Shown: one piece after another, positions 1 through 10,655 of the stretch | Layout of the letters: the number at the start of each line of letters is the position of its first letter | How positions within the stretch are numbered: the stretch's first letter is position 1 | Assembly (NCBI GenBank): GCA_963707985.1 | Contig: CAVPRW010000026.1 | Location: 18,446 to 82,445 of the forward strand | Length of the DNA: 64,000 nt | Direction of reading: 5' to 3' | From: an uncultured Nitrospinota bacterium | GTDB lineage: Bacteria; Tectomicrobia; Entotheonellia; J063; CAVPRW01 | The notes under the pieces: generated by a model | Told to the model about the DNA's origin: nothing | Databases searched by the model: none | What the model saw: the letters and a program-made list of their open reading frames with translations, nothing else | Position numbers and translations under genes: made by a program

Positions 1-1295
1 ACCGTTATATCATCGAAGAAGGTGCCCTGCCACGGGGGTTGGTCGACACCTTGCGCCACACGATCCACCTGCTCAACTTCACCCAAGGGGAGGACACCGA
101 CGCTGGCCTGGCGGACTATTTGGCTGAAAGCCGTCGAATCGGGCGTGATTTGCTGCACTATGACCCGCAAGGGGCGTTGAATCATTCGATGATCTATCTG
201 GCCATTGGTCATGACAGCGCCGATGGCACGCTTGTCCTCGACCAGCATGGCCAGGTGCAACTCCTATGGGGTAGCGCGCCTGATCAACCCTACTGCCGTA
301 TGGTGAGTACTGAAATGCGCGGCCACACAGCGGCCCTGGGCGGTACTTACATTGCCAATCCTCGTTGGCACCGCTCGCTGGGCCGCAATCTCATCACCGT
401 ACACCCCCTCGGAGGTTGCATTATGGGGAGCGATGCTGCCGGAGGGGTGGTGGATCACCGCGGCCGCGTCTATGATCCGTCTCATGGCCCGAACGGCATC
501 CACTCAGGACTCTTCGTCGTCGATGGGTCGATCATCCCGACCGCCGTCGGGGTCAATCCGCTGCTCACCATCTCTGGGCTGGCGGAGAGAAGTGCCGCCC
601 TGATGAACGCCGACGCCACGTTGGATTTGACCCCCAAACCCTTCAAACGTGCCACCTACGTCGAAGTGCCGCCGCCCATCGGGCTACATTTTACCGAGGA
701 GATGAAGGGCTATGTCACAGCGGGACTTCAAGGAGAGAGCCTGGAGGACTATCGCGCCGGTGAGCGTAGCGGCCGCCAGGCAGGCCATCGCTTGAGCGTC
801 TGGCTATGGATTGCGATCGAACACCTGGATGCATTTGTCGACAATCCCGACCATGAAGCCCTCGTGAGCGGCTACGTAGAATATGCCCCTCTGGGCGGCA
901 AGCGGATGATCGAACGGGGACGCTTCAATATGTATGTCGACATGCCGCAAACGCGCATCAGACACATGCGCTACTCCCTACAGTTTACGGCAAGCGACGG
1001 ACAGCCCTACCTCTTGGCGGGTTTTAAGGAAGTACGTGACGATCGTGGCTTGGATGCGTGGTCGGATAACACGACGTTATTCACCACCATTTATCGTGGT
1101 ACCACGTCGAGCGCTCAGGTCTATGGCCGCGGCGTCATCCATGTGCTCATCTGGGACCTCGTCGAACAAGTGGCCTCATTCCGCGTGCATAATGCCTCCA
1201 CCACGGCGACATTGCACGCCTTAAGTCGCTTCGGAACCTTCTTCTTTGGAGAATTATGGGACACCTATGTGAAAGATCGCCTGCCGCAGAGCTGA
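1..1295 (+). CDS. GMC oxidoreductase / cholesterol-oxidase-like protein, 5'-truncated by window edge
   Basis: GMC C-terminal motifs ITVHPLGGCIMG and GLFVVDGSIIPTAVGVNPLLTISGLAER, then a cholesterol-oxidase-associated domain (FTEEMKG...WSDNTTLF). Confidence 0.8.
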   Translation, partial: RYIIEEGALPRGLVDTLRHTIHLLNFTQGEDTDAGLADYLAESRRIGRDLLHYDPQGALNHSMIYLAIGHDSADGTLVLDQHGQVQLLWGSAPDQPYCRMVSTEMRGHTAALGGTYIANPRWHRSLGRNLITVHPLGGCIMGSDAAGGVVDHRGRVYDPSHGPNGIHSGLFVVDGSIIPTAVGVNPLLTISGLAERSAALMNADATLDLTPKPFKRATYVEVPPPIGLHFTEEMKGYVTAGLQGESLEDYRAGERSGRQAGHRLSVWLWIAIEHLDAFVDNPDHEALVSGYVEYAPLGGKRMIERGRFNMYVDMPQTRIRHMRYSLQFTASDGQPYLLAGFKEVRDDRGLDAWSDNTTLFTTIYRGTTSSAQVYGRGVIHVLIWDLVEQVASFRVHNASTTATLHALSRFGTFFFGELWDTYVKDRLPQS

Positions 1296-1501
1296 GGGGG
1301 CGCTAGTCAGTGCTTACACCAGGCCTAGGGGCGCACTCCAACCGCGCCAGAGCTCCACATGATTCGTCCCAAAGCAAATTTCACCGCCTGATGGGGAACG
1401 ATTTGTGATATAGTCGACAAGCCGAGGGAGGAGGCGGCTGCCCTTCCCTCCCTGTCGATGTCAGTCGTTCTGTCTGTTGGGTGCACTCTTAGCGAGGGGA
1501 G

Positions 1502-1738
1502 ATGAGCATGCCTGGAAAAATCACGGTCAGAGACAATGGTCCATTGCGCATCGAAGGTGATATCGAATTGTGCGACGCCAGCGGTGCCGCGTTCAGTACA
1601 CCGGGGCGGGAATATGTCTCCCTGTGTCGCTGCGGCGGAAGTAACAATAAGCCATTTTGCGACGGCACACATACCAAGGATGGATTCCAGTCCCAGGTGA
1701 AAGCGCGAGTGTTACCGCCGCCCCCACCTCCTGCATAG
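1502..1738 (+). CDS. CDGSH iron-sulfur domain protein
   Basis: SLCRCGGSNNKPFCDGTH motif; NGPL N-terminal motif; GAGGGG RBS. Confidence 0.92.
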   Translation: MSMPGKITVRDNGPLRIEGDIELCDASGAAFSTPGREYVSLCRCGGSNNKPFCDGTHTKDGFQSQVKARVLPPPPPPA

Positions 1739-1876
1739 GCAACGGGGCTACCTTCGATGTTCGCCATGGGCTTAGAGGTCACGCGTTCGTAGCCATGGTG
1801 TGATTTGTACGCTCCTCGCTCGTCTTGGCCGGCGCCTAGGGAGCGCATGGAGGCGAAGGCGGCGAATGATACCCGC

Positions 1877-2734
1877 TCAGCAGGTAAACAACGCCAGGTG
1901 CTCTTGGATAAATTGTTCTAGGGTGCGTGCGGGTCTGCCGGTTACGGCCTCAACCGTGCTGGTAACGGTTGAGGCGTGGCCGGCACTGAGGGCGGTACTG
2001 AAGTCGACCTGCACGTCGACATGCCAGGCGGGCATGCCCGAAGCGACTAGCCGGTCCCGCATGACGGTCAAGGGTACGTTTTTGTAGGTGACGGTCCTCC
2101 CCAAGATCCGCGCTAGCCTCTCCGCAACGTCCCCATAAGAAAGCGCCTCAGGTCCCGTCAGCATATAAGCCTTGCCTATATGGGCAGTCGTGGTCAGGGT
2201 CGTGGCTGTCACGGCGGCAATATCCGCAACATCGATCATTGCCACCTTGCCCTGGTCCAGAGAGCCTGTGAACTCCCCGCTGGAGCGGATGGTTGGCGCA
2301 AACCTCAGGATATTCTGCATGAAAAACGGTGGACGCAAGTGCGTAAAAGGCAATCCCGAGTCTTCTAATTGCTTCTCCGTCTGCGCATGCCAGCGTCCAC
2401 TGCGCACCGCGGAGTCGAGCGCCGTTCCTAACCCTGAAATCTTCACGACATGAGCCCGACCAGCCCGTTTGGCGGCAGCGATAAAGTTGCCCTGGAGCTC
2501 CACCTGATGCGGATCAAGAGGTGAAACCAGGAGTGCTGCGGTGATGCCATCGAGTGCCGCATCCAGAGACTGTGGCTGGCCTAGGTCGCCGATAACGGTT
2601 TCTACCTGCGGATTGGCCACCAGTGCCGCCTTTTCGGCATTCCGGACCAATGCCCGGACGCTCACGCCCCTGGCGGATAGCTGTTTGAGTGTTGCGCCAC
2701 CGACCCGGCCTGTGGCGCCGGTAATCAGGATCAT
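1877..2734 (-). CDS. NmrA-like / atypical SDR NAD(P)-binding protein
   Basis: MILITGATGRVG Rossmann motif, LRPPFFMQN, LTGPEALSY. Confidence 0.9.
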   Translation of the reverse strand: MILITGATGRVGGATLKQLSARGVSVRALVRNAEKAALVANPQVETVIGDLGQPQSLDAALDGITAALLVSPLDPHQVELQGNFIAAAKRAGRAHVVKISGLGTALDSAVRSGRWHAQTEKQLEDSGLPFTHLRPPFFMQNILRFAPTIRSSGEFTGSLDQGKVAMIDVADIAAVTATTLTTTAHIGKAYMLTGPEALSYGDVAERLARILGRTVTYKNVPLTVMRDRLVASGMPAWHVDVQVDFSTALSAGHASTVTSTVEAVTGRPARTLEQFIQEHLALFTC

Positions 2735-2926
2735 AATCCCCTCCTTCCCTGTATGGGCGACGTGAAATGCTCCAGTGCGCTTACCCTGGTATCATAACGC
2801 ATCTCGTTGCATGGGCGACATCTCTCTGGTATAGTGCGCACATTTACGTTGCCGTCCACGATTGGCGCGGCGGTGGCGGCCCCAAGAGTGACGAGTTGTG
2901 CGGCAGACGCACGTAAGGAGGGGATC

Positions 2927-3928
2927 ATGCAGTTTGGACTATTCGGGAGTGCTCAGGCAAGACGGGGCGGCCCTGACGTCGACAGCGCGGCGGGCTTCAG
3001 GGATTTCGTCGAGTACAATGTCGAGGCCGAGGCGCTTGGCTTTCACAGCTCATTCATCGTCGAACACCATTTCACTGGGTTTGGCCAGGTGTCCGCCTCC
3101 TTAAACCTCTTAACCTGGATTGGGGCCCGCACCAAGACCTTGCGACTTGGCACCGCGGTGCTGGTGCTGCCCTGGCACAATCCCGTGCTGCTGGCCGAAC
3201 AGGCCTCCACCCTTGATTTGTTGTCGGGCGGTCGGTTTGATTTCGGCATCGGCAAGGGGTACCGGTATAACGAATTCGCCGGGTTCTGTGTCCCCATGGA
3301 GGAGGCAGAGCCGCGCTTTGACGAAGTCTTGGAGGTCATGATCAAAGCCTGGACCTCGGACACCCCATGGTCGCATCGCGGCCAGTACTGGCAGTTCGAC
3401 AACGTCGTGGTCGAGCCTCCGACGGTCCAGAAACCCCACCCGCCGATTTGGATGGGCGCCGGAAGCCCCGGGTCCATCAAAAAAGTGGCAGCCAACGGCT
3501 TCAATCTGCTGCTGGGCCAATTTTCCTCCCTGGCGCAGATCGCTGAGCAAATTGCCCTCTTCAAGTCCGAGGTGGAGGCCCAAGGTCGGACATTCGACCC
3601 GATGACCGTGGGGGTCGCCCGCTCCCTCAACGTGGTGATGAACGCGGTGGAGTACGAGAAGGCGATCGAGAATCGCATCGCAGGGCGTCGACGGGTCGAA
3701 CGATTGTCGCAACGGCCGGACGCGCAAAGTCAGAAAAGGCCCATGTCTGAGGACGAGGTGCGCGAGGTCGCCGAGGCTGGGACCCTCTACGGCACGCCAG
3801 ATGATATTGCCGTCAAGCTGCAGGCGCTGAAAGACGTTGGAGCGGCATACGTGCTGATCAATAGTGCGGGAGGCCCTGCATCTCTACGCCGCTTCGCGCG
3901 TGAGGTGATGCCGGCGTTTCTCGGCTAG
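2927..3928 (+). CDS. LLM-class flavin-dependent oxidoreductase
   Basis: VEHHF, LAEQASTLDLLSGGRFDFGIGKG, QKPHPPIW; start placed after AAGGAGG RBS. Confidence 0.9.
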   Translation: MQFGLFGSAQARRGGPDVDSAAGFRDFVEYNVEAEALGFHSSFIVEHHFTGFGQVSASLNLLTWIGARTKTLRLGTAVLVLPWHNPVLLAEQASTLDLLSGGRFDFGIGKGYRYNEFAGFCVPMEEAEPRFDEVLEVMIKAWTSDTPWSHRGQYWQFDNVVVEPPTVQKPHPPIWMGAGSPGSIKKVAANGFNLLLGQFSSLAQIAEQIALFKSEVEAQGRTFDPMTVGVARSLNVVMNAVEYEKAIENRIAGRRRVERLSQRPDAQSQKRPMSEDEVREVAEAGTLYGTPDDIAVKLQALKDVGAAYVLINSAGGPASLRRFAREVMPAFLG

Positions 3929-4120
3929 CTGGTATACTGGGCGGGGGCTTGAGATCTAGGTGCCAACCAGTCTGCCTCACATGCCTCTCGCGCATAGCTC
4001 TGGTATCGTCGCCCGTGCACCAATGCGGGCCGATCAGCCGAACAGGGAGGCAGATTTACAGGCATCCTCCTTGTGGTAGAGGAGGATGCCACATCTGTGC
4101 GGATTCCTGGCCCAACCCTC

Positions 4121-4972
4121 CTAGTGGAAGAGCAGTCCACCATTGACGTTGTAGGCCTGGCCGGTGATGAAAGCGGCCTCCTCGGAGGCCAAGAAACTGA
4201 CCATGTTGGCGACATCCTCTGCTTCTGCGATGCGCCCTAGCGGAGTCGCTTGTCCTGCCTCTTTGACGATTCTGGCCCGGAAGTCTTCCAGCGGAATGCC
4301 TTCCTCCTCAGCCCTAGCGCGCTCCCAGTAGCTCAGCCGATCGGTGTTGATCGGTCCTGGACAAACGGCGTTCACCGTGATGCTATAGGGCGCGAGGTCC
4401 AGAGCCGAGGCCTGGGTGAGCCCCAGAACTGCGAATTTGGAGGTTGAGTATGCGGCACCTCGGGCGCTGGCCTGCTTAGAGGCATTGGAGGCGATGTTGA
4501 TAATCCGACCGCCACGGCCCTGGCGGATCATTTCACGGCCTATCAACTTAGTGAGCAGGAACACCGCCGTGGTATTGATCGCCAGGAAATGCTGCCAGAC
4601 GTCTTCTGCAAGCTCGGTGACGGGGACTTTATCCCGACCGATGATGGCCCGTGCGTTGTTGACCAGAATATCGATGCGGCCATAGTGCCCAGCCACCTTC
4701 TGGACCAATTGCTGGATTTGGTCAGACTGGCCTAGGTCACAGGGGCTGGTGAAGCAGCGTCTCCCCAGCGCCTGGACTTCTTCGGCCACACTGTCGAGTC
4801 CCCGCCATCCGAGCCGAATCTCTCCCGGTGGGAGGTCCTCCGGCTCGCGATGGACATCCGTCAGGGCCAGGTCCGCTCCCTGCTGTGCCAACTTCAAGGC
4901 CGTGGCGCGGCCGACACCGCGCATCCCACCGGCCCCTGTGATCAAGGCAACTTTGCCGTCCAGTCCAGACAT
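4121..4972 (-). CDS. SDR family oxidoreductase
   Basis: GKVALITGAGG, DILVNNA, YSTSK catalytic motif, ITGQAYNVNGG. Confidence 0.92.
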   Translation of the reverse strand: MSGLDGKVALITGAGGMRGVGRATALKLAQQGADLALTDVHREPEDLPPGEIRLGWRGLDSVAEEVQALGRRCFTSPCDLGQSDQIQQLVQKVAGHYGRIDILVNNARAIIGRDKVPVTELAEDVWQHFLAINTTAVFLLTKLIGREMIRQGRGGRIINIASNASKQASARGAAYSTSKFAVLGLTQASALDLAPYSITVNAVCPGPINTDRLSYWERARAEEEGIPLEDFRARIVKEAGQATPLGRIAEAEDVANMVSFLASEEAAFITGQAYNVNGGLLFH

Positions 4973-5299
4973 GTCTCGCCTCCTTCATCTCCATTGCACT
5001 GTCCGTCGACGTGTATTGCATCAAACCGACCTGGAACTGTATTGTAAATCCTCATCGGGGTCTGAGTCTACCCACAGCATCACACGCCCCACCAGGCCTG
5101 CACACATAGAGCACGGCACGATCTGCACCCTATACGTCTCCAGCAGGCCAGCGCCTTCCACCCATATGGACACCATAATTGCCGTTGACACACAGTTTCT
5201 GCACTCGCATACTTGGGCCAATCGGTCGTCCTACCGCAGTCCACACCCAAGTGGCACATCATGGAGATCAGAGTCTACATTGAGAACTGGTCGAGTGGG

Positions 5300-5524
5300 G
5301 ATGCGCGGATGATTCCGGTTATTTTGCCTGACGTGAAGGAAGCGCCAACACTTCCGCTTTTTGTCCGCCAGACGGTGTGGGTGGATATGCGCGATTGGGA
5401 GAATGATGAGAATGACGGCTTTTACCGGTTGGTCTGCGGAATTTTGGGTAAGGCTCCGGGTGATTCACCGATGAAAAAGTTTGGAGTTCGCGATGTGGCC
5501 GAATGGCAGGGAACGGGATCTTAG
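5300..5524 (+). pseudogene. C-terminal remnant of a TIR-domain protein
   Basis: IPVILPDVKEAPTLPLFVRQTVWVDMR...LVCGILGKAPG resembles the C-terminal half of bacterial TIR_2 domains; the N-terminal half is absent. Confidence 0.5.
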
Positions 5525-5779
5525 TCTTAAGCGAACCAGTATTATTCCGCTGCTGTCGGAAGCGGCAGCAGGGAACGGTTCTACGTACAATTTAATGGCA
5601 TCAATTCTTATCTTTATAGCGGTTCTCAGTCGCGTGTGCTACGACTCCTTCCGAGAGGGTTTGTGCCTCCAAACCCCGTGGCACTTAGCGTAGTTCATCC
5701 AAGTGGGAACCGCTATAACACGGTCAGCGCGACGCGAACACCACGCCCGCTGCTGGATGAAACAGGCGCTTTCCGTACT

Positions 5780-5956
5780 GCTGTGATCCGAAACTCAGAG
5801 GGCGAGGTGCGCTGGATGGACGTGCGAGACTTTCTGAAGCGTGCCAGCGATAACGGCAAGAAACCCGTGAGGCAAATCGTCTTCGAGGGCGAACGTCTCG
5901 GCGTAATGAGCGTGCGCCGCTGGCGGGACAGGGCATTGGGCCAGAGTTCTGCGTAG
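5780..5956 (+). pseudogene. C-terminal remnant resembling the DUF4365-containing tail of large WD40/Roc-COR/TIR proteins
   Basis: VIRNSEGEVRWMDVRDFLKRASDNGKKPVRQIVFEGERL..MSVRRWR recalled from such C-termini; no upstream part present. Confidence 0.35.
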
Positions 5957-6091
5957 AGGCCAGGCGAACGTTGGACGGCTCATCACGACAAGTCAAGATG
6001 CACACCGAGAAGTCAAAGCGCACACTCGAACAACTAATTCGTCTGGCGTAGAATTGATGTACCCGGACACGACGCGTGTGCTCTCTGGGTT

Positions 6092-6601
6092 ATGGAGAGT
6101 GGTTGGCGCTTGGCGGGTACGGCGATCTTCGCTCTGGACGGCCAGCCCTGCCACCTTGCCTACGAGGTGGAGTGCGATACGACCTGGCACACTCGCTCCG
6201 CCAAGGTCACGGGTTACATTGGCAGACACGTCTTAGCGCTTATCATCGTCGCCATGCCGGGCGACCGCTGGGAGCTCAATGGCAGGGACCAGCCGGAGGC
6301 TGCGGGCTGCATAGACGTCGATCTGAACTTTACCCCTGCCACCAACCTCATCGCCATCCGCCGCCTGGCGCTAGACATTGGCCATGCATCCGATGCTCCG
6401 GCGGCATGGCTGCGTTTCCCGGAGTTAAAACTTGAGAGGTTGGAGCAACAGTACCACCGTGTGGCCCTCGATACATACGACTATCAAGCGCCTCGCGTTG
6501 GTTACGCCGCCTCCTTGCGGGTATCAGACAGCGGCTTCGTGACGCACTATCCGGGGTTGTGGGAGCAGGAGGTGACCGACAACGGCCACCTCCCCGTCTG
6601 A
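6092..6601 (+). CDS. Putative glycolipid-binding domain protein (PA1994-like), possibly 5'-damaged
   Basis: CIDVDLNFTPATNLIAIRRL, LERLEQQY, GFVTHYPGLW. Confidence 0.75.
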   Translation: MESGWRLAGTAIFALDGQPCHLAYEVECDTTWHTRSAKVTGYIGRHVLALIIVAMPGDRWELNGRDQPEAAGCIDVDLNFTPATNLIAIRRLALDIGHASDAPAAWLRFPELKLERLEQQYHRVALDTYDYQAPRVGYAASLRVSDSGFVTHYPGLWEQEVTDNGHLPV

Positions 6602-6602
6602 C

Positions 6603-9260
6603 TTACACCGTCTCGCTCAACGACCTCCCCAGCGCTACATGAGCGGCGGCGAGGCGGGCGATGGGCACCCGGTAAGGCGAGCAGCTGACGTAATCCAAAC
6701 CAGCGCGATGGAAGAAGGCGACGGATTGTGGCTCGCCGCCGTGCTCACCGCAGATGCCGATCTTGAGGCTGGGTCGAGTGGCACGGCCTTTCTTCACCCC
6801 GGTCTCTACCAGCTGGCCGACACCCTGCTGGTCCATAACCACAAACGGATCGTATTTCATGATCCCCTGCTCAATGTAATAGGGTAGGAATTTTCCGGCA
6901 TCATCGCGACTCAAGCCTAGGACCGTTTGCGTCAGGTCATTGGTCCCAAAGGAAAAGAATTCGGCCTGGCGCGCGATCTCGTCGGCCAGCAGCGCGGCGC
7001 GCGGCAGCTCGATCATGGTCCCCACCTGATATTCGACCTTGACGCCATATTGCGCCATGATGTCCTGTGCGGCACGATCGACGATCTTGCGCTGATGCTC
7101 CAATTCACGCACGTCAGCGATCAACGGGATCATGATCTCGGGGACCACCTTACGCCCCTCCTTGGCGATCTCGCAGGCCGCGGCGATAATAGCGCGCGCC
7201 TGCATTTCGGTGATCTCGGGATAGCTGATACCCAGTCGGCAGCCGCGATGCCCCAACATGGGGTTGGTTTCATGTAGCTCCTGCGCTTTGTCCCAGATGC
7301 GGTCAGCCGGGACACCGATCTTGTCGGAGAGTTCATCGGCTTCCTCGCGGGTCTTCGGCAGGAATTCGTGCAACGGCGGGTCGAGAGTGCGAATGGTGAC
7401 TGCATAGCCCTCCATTTCCTTGAAGATGCCATAGAAATCAGCCTTCTGGAACGGGAAGAGCTTGTCGAGGGCGCGCACACGGGCCTCACGGTCCTGAGCC
7501 AGAATCATCTCTTGCATGAAGGGCAAGCGTTCCTCAGCGAAGAACATGTGCTCGGTGCGGCACAGCCCAATACCTTCGGCGCCGAACGAACGGGCCACCT
7601 GGGCATCGAGGGGGGTATCGGCGTTGGCTCGTACCCCCAGGCGACGATACTGATCGACCCATTTCATGAACGCGGCGAAGTTGCCCGACAGTTCGGGGAC
7701 CACCAGCTTGGCAGCACCGAGGATGACTTCACCGGTGTTGCCGTTCAGCGTGATGATGTCGCCGTGTTTGACATGTACCGTTCCTACCCGGAACTCGCCA
7801 TGTTCTTCATCGACCAGAATCTCTTTGCAGCCCACCACACAGCATTTCCCCATGCCGCGTCCGACCACTGCCGCATGTGACGTCATGCCACCGCGGGCCG
7901 TGAGAATTCCCTGCGCGGCAAACATGCCACCAACGTCATCGGGCGAGGTTTCCGGCCGTACCAGAATGACCTTATCCCCTTGCTGACCACGAGCGATAGC
8001 CTCCTCAGCGGTGAACACCACCGCACCCACGGCCGCACCGGGAGACGCAGGTAGGCCTTTGGCGATGGCTTGTACGTGACTGTCGGGATCAACCATCGGG
8101 TGTAAGAGCTGCTCGAGCTGCTCCGGATCGACGCGCAGTACGGCGGTTTTGTCATCGATGAGCCCTTCTTGCACCATCTCCACCGCGATGCGGAAAGCAG
8201 CCACTGCCGTGCGTTTGCCCACACGCGTCTGGAGCATGAAGAGCTTGCCGTCCTGCACGGTAAATTCGAGGTCCAACATATCTTTATAATGGTGTTCCAG
8301 ACGCTGGTAGATGTCGACCAATTGGCGATAGACCTCGGGCATTTCCTGTTCTAACTGTTCGATTTGCTCCGGGGTGCGGATGCCGGCGACGACGTCCTCG
8401 CCCTGAGCATTAATCAGGAACTCCCCGAAAAAACGGCGCTCACCGGTGGATGGATTACGGGTGAAGGCGACTCCCGTGCCGGAGTTGCTCCCCATATTGC
8501 CGAACACCATCGACTGAACATTGGCGGCGGTACCCCAGGTCTCGGGGATGCTATAGATTTGGCGGTATTTCACTGCGCGCTCGACATTCCACGAACTGAA
8601 CACGGCCTCGATTCCCATCCGTAGCTGGTCCATCGGCTGTTCAGGAAATGGCGTCGGACTGGCTTTGCGCACGAAGTCCTTGAAGATGCCGACGAGTGCT
8701 TGCAAATCCTCCGCTCTGAGGTCGGTATCGACGAGGGCACCAACCTCGGCTTTCTTCTGAGCCAACAGCCGTTCAAATTCCTCGGAGGGCACGCCGAGGA
8801 CGACGTTGCTGAACATAGCAATGAAGCGCCGATAAGCATCGTAGGCAAAGCGCGGGTTAGTGGTTTTGCGGATGAGGCCCTGTACGGTATCGTCGTTGAG
8901 GCCAATGTTGAGTACCGTGTCCATCATGCCGGGCATGGATACCCGGGCCCCGGAGCGCACCGACACCAGCAGGGGATTCTTGGCATCGCCGAACTTAGCC
9001 CCCATGGCTTCTTCGACCTGCATCAGCGACTCCAGCACCTGATCCCACATGCCCTCCGGAAAATGCCCGCCATTATTGAAATATTCGACACAGGCTTCGG
9101 TGGTGATGGTAAATCCTGGCGGCACCGGGATGCCAAGGTTGGTCATCTCTGCCAAACCAGCCCCCTTCCCGCCCAACAGATTCCGCCATGCACCTTGCCC
9201 CTCAGCCTTCCCCGCGGCAAACAGATAGACATATTTCTTCGTACTTATGGTGGTACTCAT
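6603..9260 (-). CDS. ppdK: Pyruvate, phosphate dikinase
   Basis: LLGGKGAGLAEM, SVRSGA, GGMTSHAAVV (phospho-His), GIGLCRTEHMFF, SFGTNDLTQ, ICGEHGG; GGAGGAG RBS. Confidence 0.97.
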   Translation of the reverse strand: MSTTISTKKYVYLFAAGKAEGQGAWRNLLGGKGAGLAEMTNLGIPVPPGFTITTEACVEYFNNGGHFPEGMWDQVLESLMQVEEAMGAKFGDAKNPLLVSVRSGARVSMPGMMDTVLNIGLNDDTVQGLIRKTTNPRFAYDAYRRFIAMFSNVVLGVPSEEFERLLAQKKAEVGALVDTDLRAEDLQALVGIFKDFVRKASPTPFPEQPMDQLRMGIEAVFSSWNVERAVKYRQIYSIPETWGTAANVQSMVFGNMGSNSGTGVAFTRNPSTGERRFFGEFLINAQGEDVVAGIRTPEQIEQLEQEMPEVYRQLVDIYQRLEHHYKDMLDLEFTVQDGKLFMLQTRVGKRTAVAAFRIAVEMVQEGLIDDKTAVLRVDPEQLEQLLHPMVDPDSHVQAIAKGLPASPGAAVGAVVFTAEEAIARGQQGDKVILVRPETSPDDVGGMFAAQGILTARGGMTSHAAVVGRGMGKCCVVGCKEILVDEEHGEFRVGTVHVKHGDIITLNGNTGEVILGAAKLVVPELSGNFAAFMKWVDQYRRLGVRANADTPLDAQVARSFGAEGIGLCRTEHMFFAEERLPFMQEMILAQDREARVRALDKLFPFQKADFYGIFKEMEGYAVTIRTLDPPLHEFLPKTREEADELSDKIGVPADRIWDKAQELHETNPMLGHRGCRLGISYPEITEMQARAIIAAACEIAKEGRKVVPEIMIPLIADVRELEHQRKIVDRAAQDIMAQYGVKVEYQVGTMIELPRAALLADEIARQAEFFSFGTNDLTQTVLGLSRDDAGKFLPYYIEQGIMKYDPFVVMDQQGVGQLVETGVKKGRATRPSLKIGICGEHGGEPQSVAFFHRAGLDYVSCSPYRVPIARLAAAHVALGRSLSETV

Positions 9261-9365
9261 GGCTCCTCCTTCACACTCAATGCCTACATACCTCACCCCA
9301 CACTCAAGGGCTTTATGCCTCCTCCCCCATCAATCACTTCCCCCTGGAGGAGAGAGAAAAGACCA

Positions 9366-10607
9366 CTAGCGCGCTGCGAGCTCGTCGTCCCGAGGGTGCC
9401 CCAGGTCGAATGCATCGTGTAACGTACGGACGGCCAATTCCCCATATTTCTCATCGATGACACAGGAGATCTTGATCTCCGAGGTGCTAATCATCAGGAT
9501 GTTGATATTTTCACGAGCGAGCGTGGCGAACATGCTGGTGGCGATGCCAGAGTGACTGCTCATCCCAGCCCCGATGATCGACACTTTGGCGATTTTCGCA
9601 TCGAGCTTCACGTCGCGCGCGCCGATCTGGGGCAATACTTCTTCAACCAGAGCACAGGCCTTCTTACCGTCGCCGCGAGCCACAGTGAAGGAGATATCGG
9701 TGAGCTCTTGCTCGCTGACGTTTTGCACGATCATGTCGACGACGATATGGGCATCCGAGACCTTGCCAAAGATCTTGGCCGCCAGGCCTGGCCGGTCCGG
9801 TACACCCAGCACGGTGATGCGCGCCTGATTTTTGTCCAGCGTCAGTCCTGAGACCACCACCTTTTCCAACTCGGCATCTTCTCGCGTCACCAACGTTCCT
9901 TCTCCCTCCTGAAACGTGGATTTCACCAACACAGGCACGTGGTAGATTTTTGCCACCTCGACGGAGCGCGTCTGCAGTACTTTAGCCCCTAGACTGGCCA
10001 TCTCCAGCATCTCATCGTAGGAGATTTTGCGCAAGCGTCGAGCGTCAGGTACCAGGTTGGGATCGGCCGTATAAATGCCGTCGACGTCCGTATAGATCTC
10101 GCACATATCGGCGTTCAGGGCCGCTGCCAGCGCCACCGCTGTGGTATCCGAACCGCCACGGCCGAGCGTGGTCATGTCCTCCCGTTCGTCGATCCCTTGA
10201 AAGCCGGCCACCACGGCGATTTTCCCCTGATCCAGGGCCTGAAAAATGCGCTCGCCGTCGATCTTGCGGATACGAGCTTTGGTGTGCACGCTGTCGGTGA
10301 GAATGCCCACCTGGCGGCCGGTGAAGGACTTGGCGGCATAACCCATATCATTGAGGGCCATCGTCAACAGGGCGCTTGAGACCATTTCACCGGTCGACAG
10401 CAACAGGTCGAATTCCCGTTCATCAGGGGACTCGGAGACTTGGGTCGCCAGCTTCACCAGGCGGTCGGTTTCACCGGCCATAGCCGATACGACGACCACG
10501 ACCTTCTCACCGCGGCTGCAGGCTGCTGCCACTTTCTTGGCTACTTCGAGAATACGCTCGATGTTGCCGACCGACGTACCACCGAACTTCTTGACCACGA
10601 AACGCAT
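9366..10607 (-). CDS. lysC: Aspartate kinase
   Basis: [24 protein letters not shown], two ACT domains. Confidence 0.96.
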   Translation of the reverse strand: MRFVVKKFGGTSVGNIERILEVAKKVAAACSRGEKVVVVVSAMAGETDRLVKLATQVSESPDEREFDLLLSTGEMVSSALLTMALNDMGYAAKSFTGRQVGILTDSVHTKARIRKIDGERIFQALDQGKIAVVAGFQGIDEREDMTTLGRGGSDTTAVALAAALNADMCEIYTDVDGIYTADPNLVPDARRLRKISYDEMLEMASLGAKVLQTRSVEVAKIYHVPVLVKSTFQEGEGTLVTREDAELEKVVVSGLTLDKNQARITVLGVPDRPGLAAKIFGKVSDAHIVVDMIVQNVSEQELTDISFTVARGDGKKACALVEEVLPQIGARDVKLDAKIAKVSIIGAGMSSHSGIATSMFATLARENINILMISTSEIKISCVIDEKYGELAVRTLHDAFDLGHPRDDELAAR

Positions 10608-10624
10608 CAGTGCCTCGCTCTTAC

Positions 10625-10649
10625 CCCTCTCTCCCGAAGGGAGAGAGGG
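10625..10649. repeat. REP-like intergenic palindrome
   Basis: CCCTCTCTCCC-GAA-GGGAGAGAGGG, an 11-bp stem between apgM and lysC. Confidence 0.6.
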
Positions 10650-10655
10650 TAGACG

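Noticed and set aside
5021..5221. Small Cys-rich ORF (CxCxxC...CxxC)
   Set aside because: No recognisable family or clear RBS; cannot be supported.
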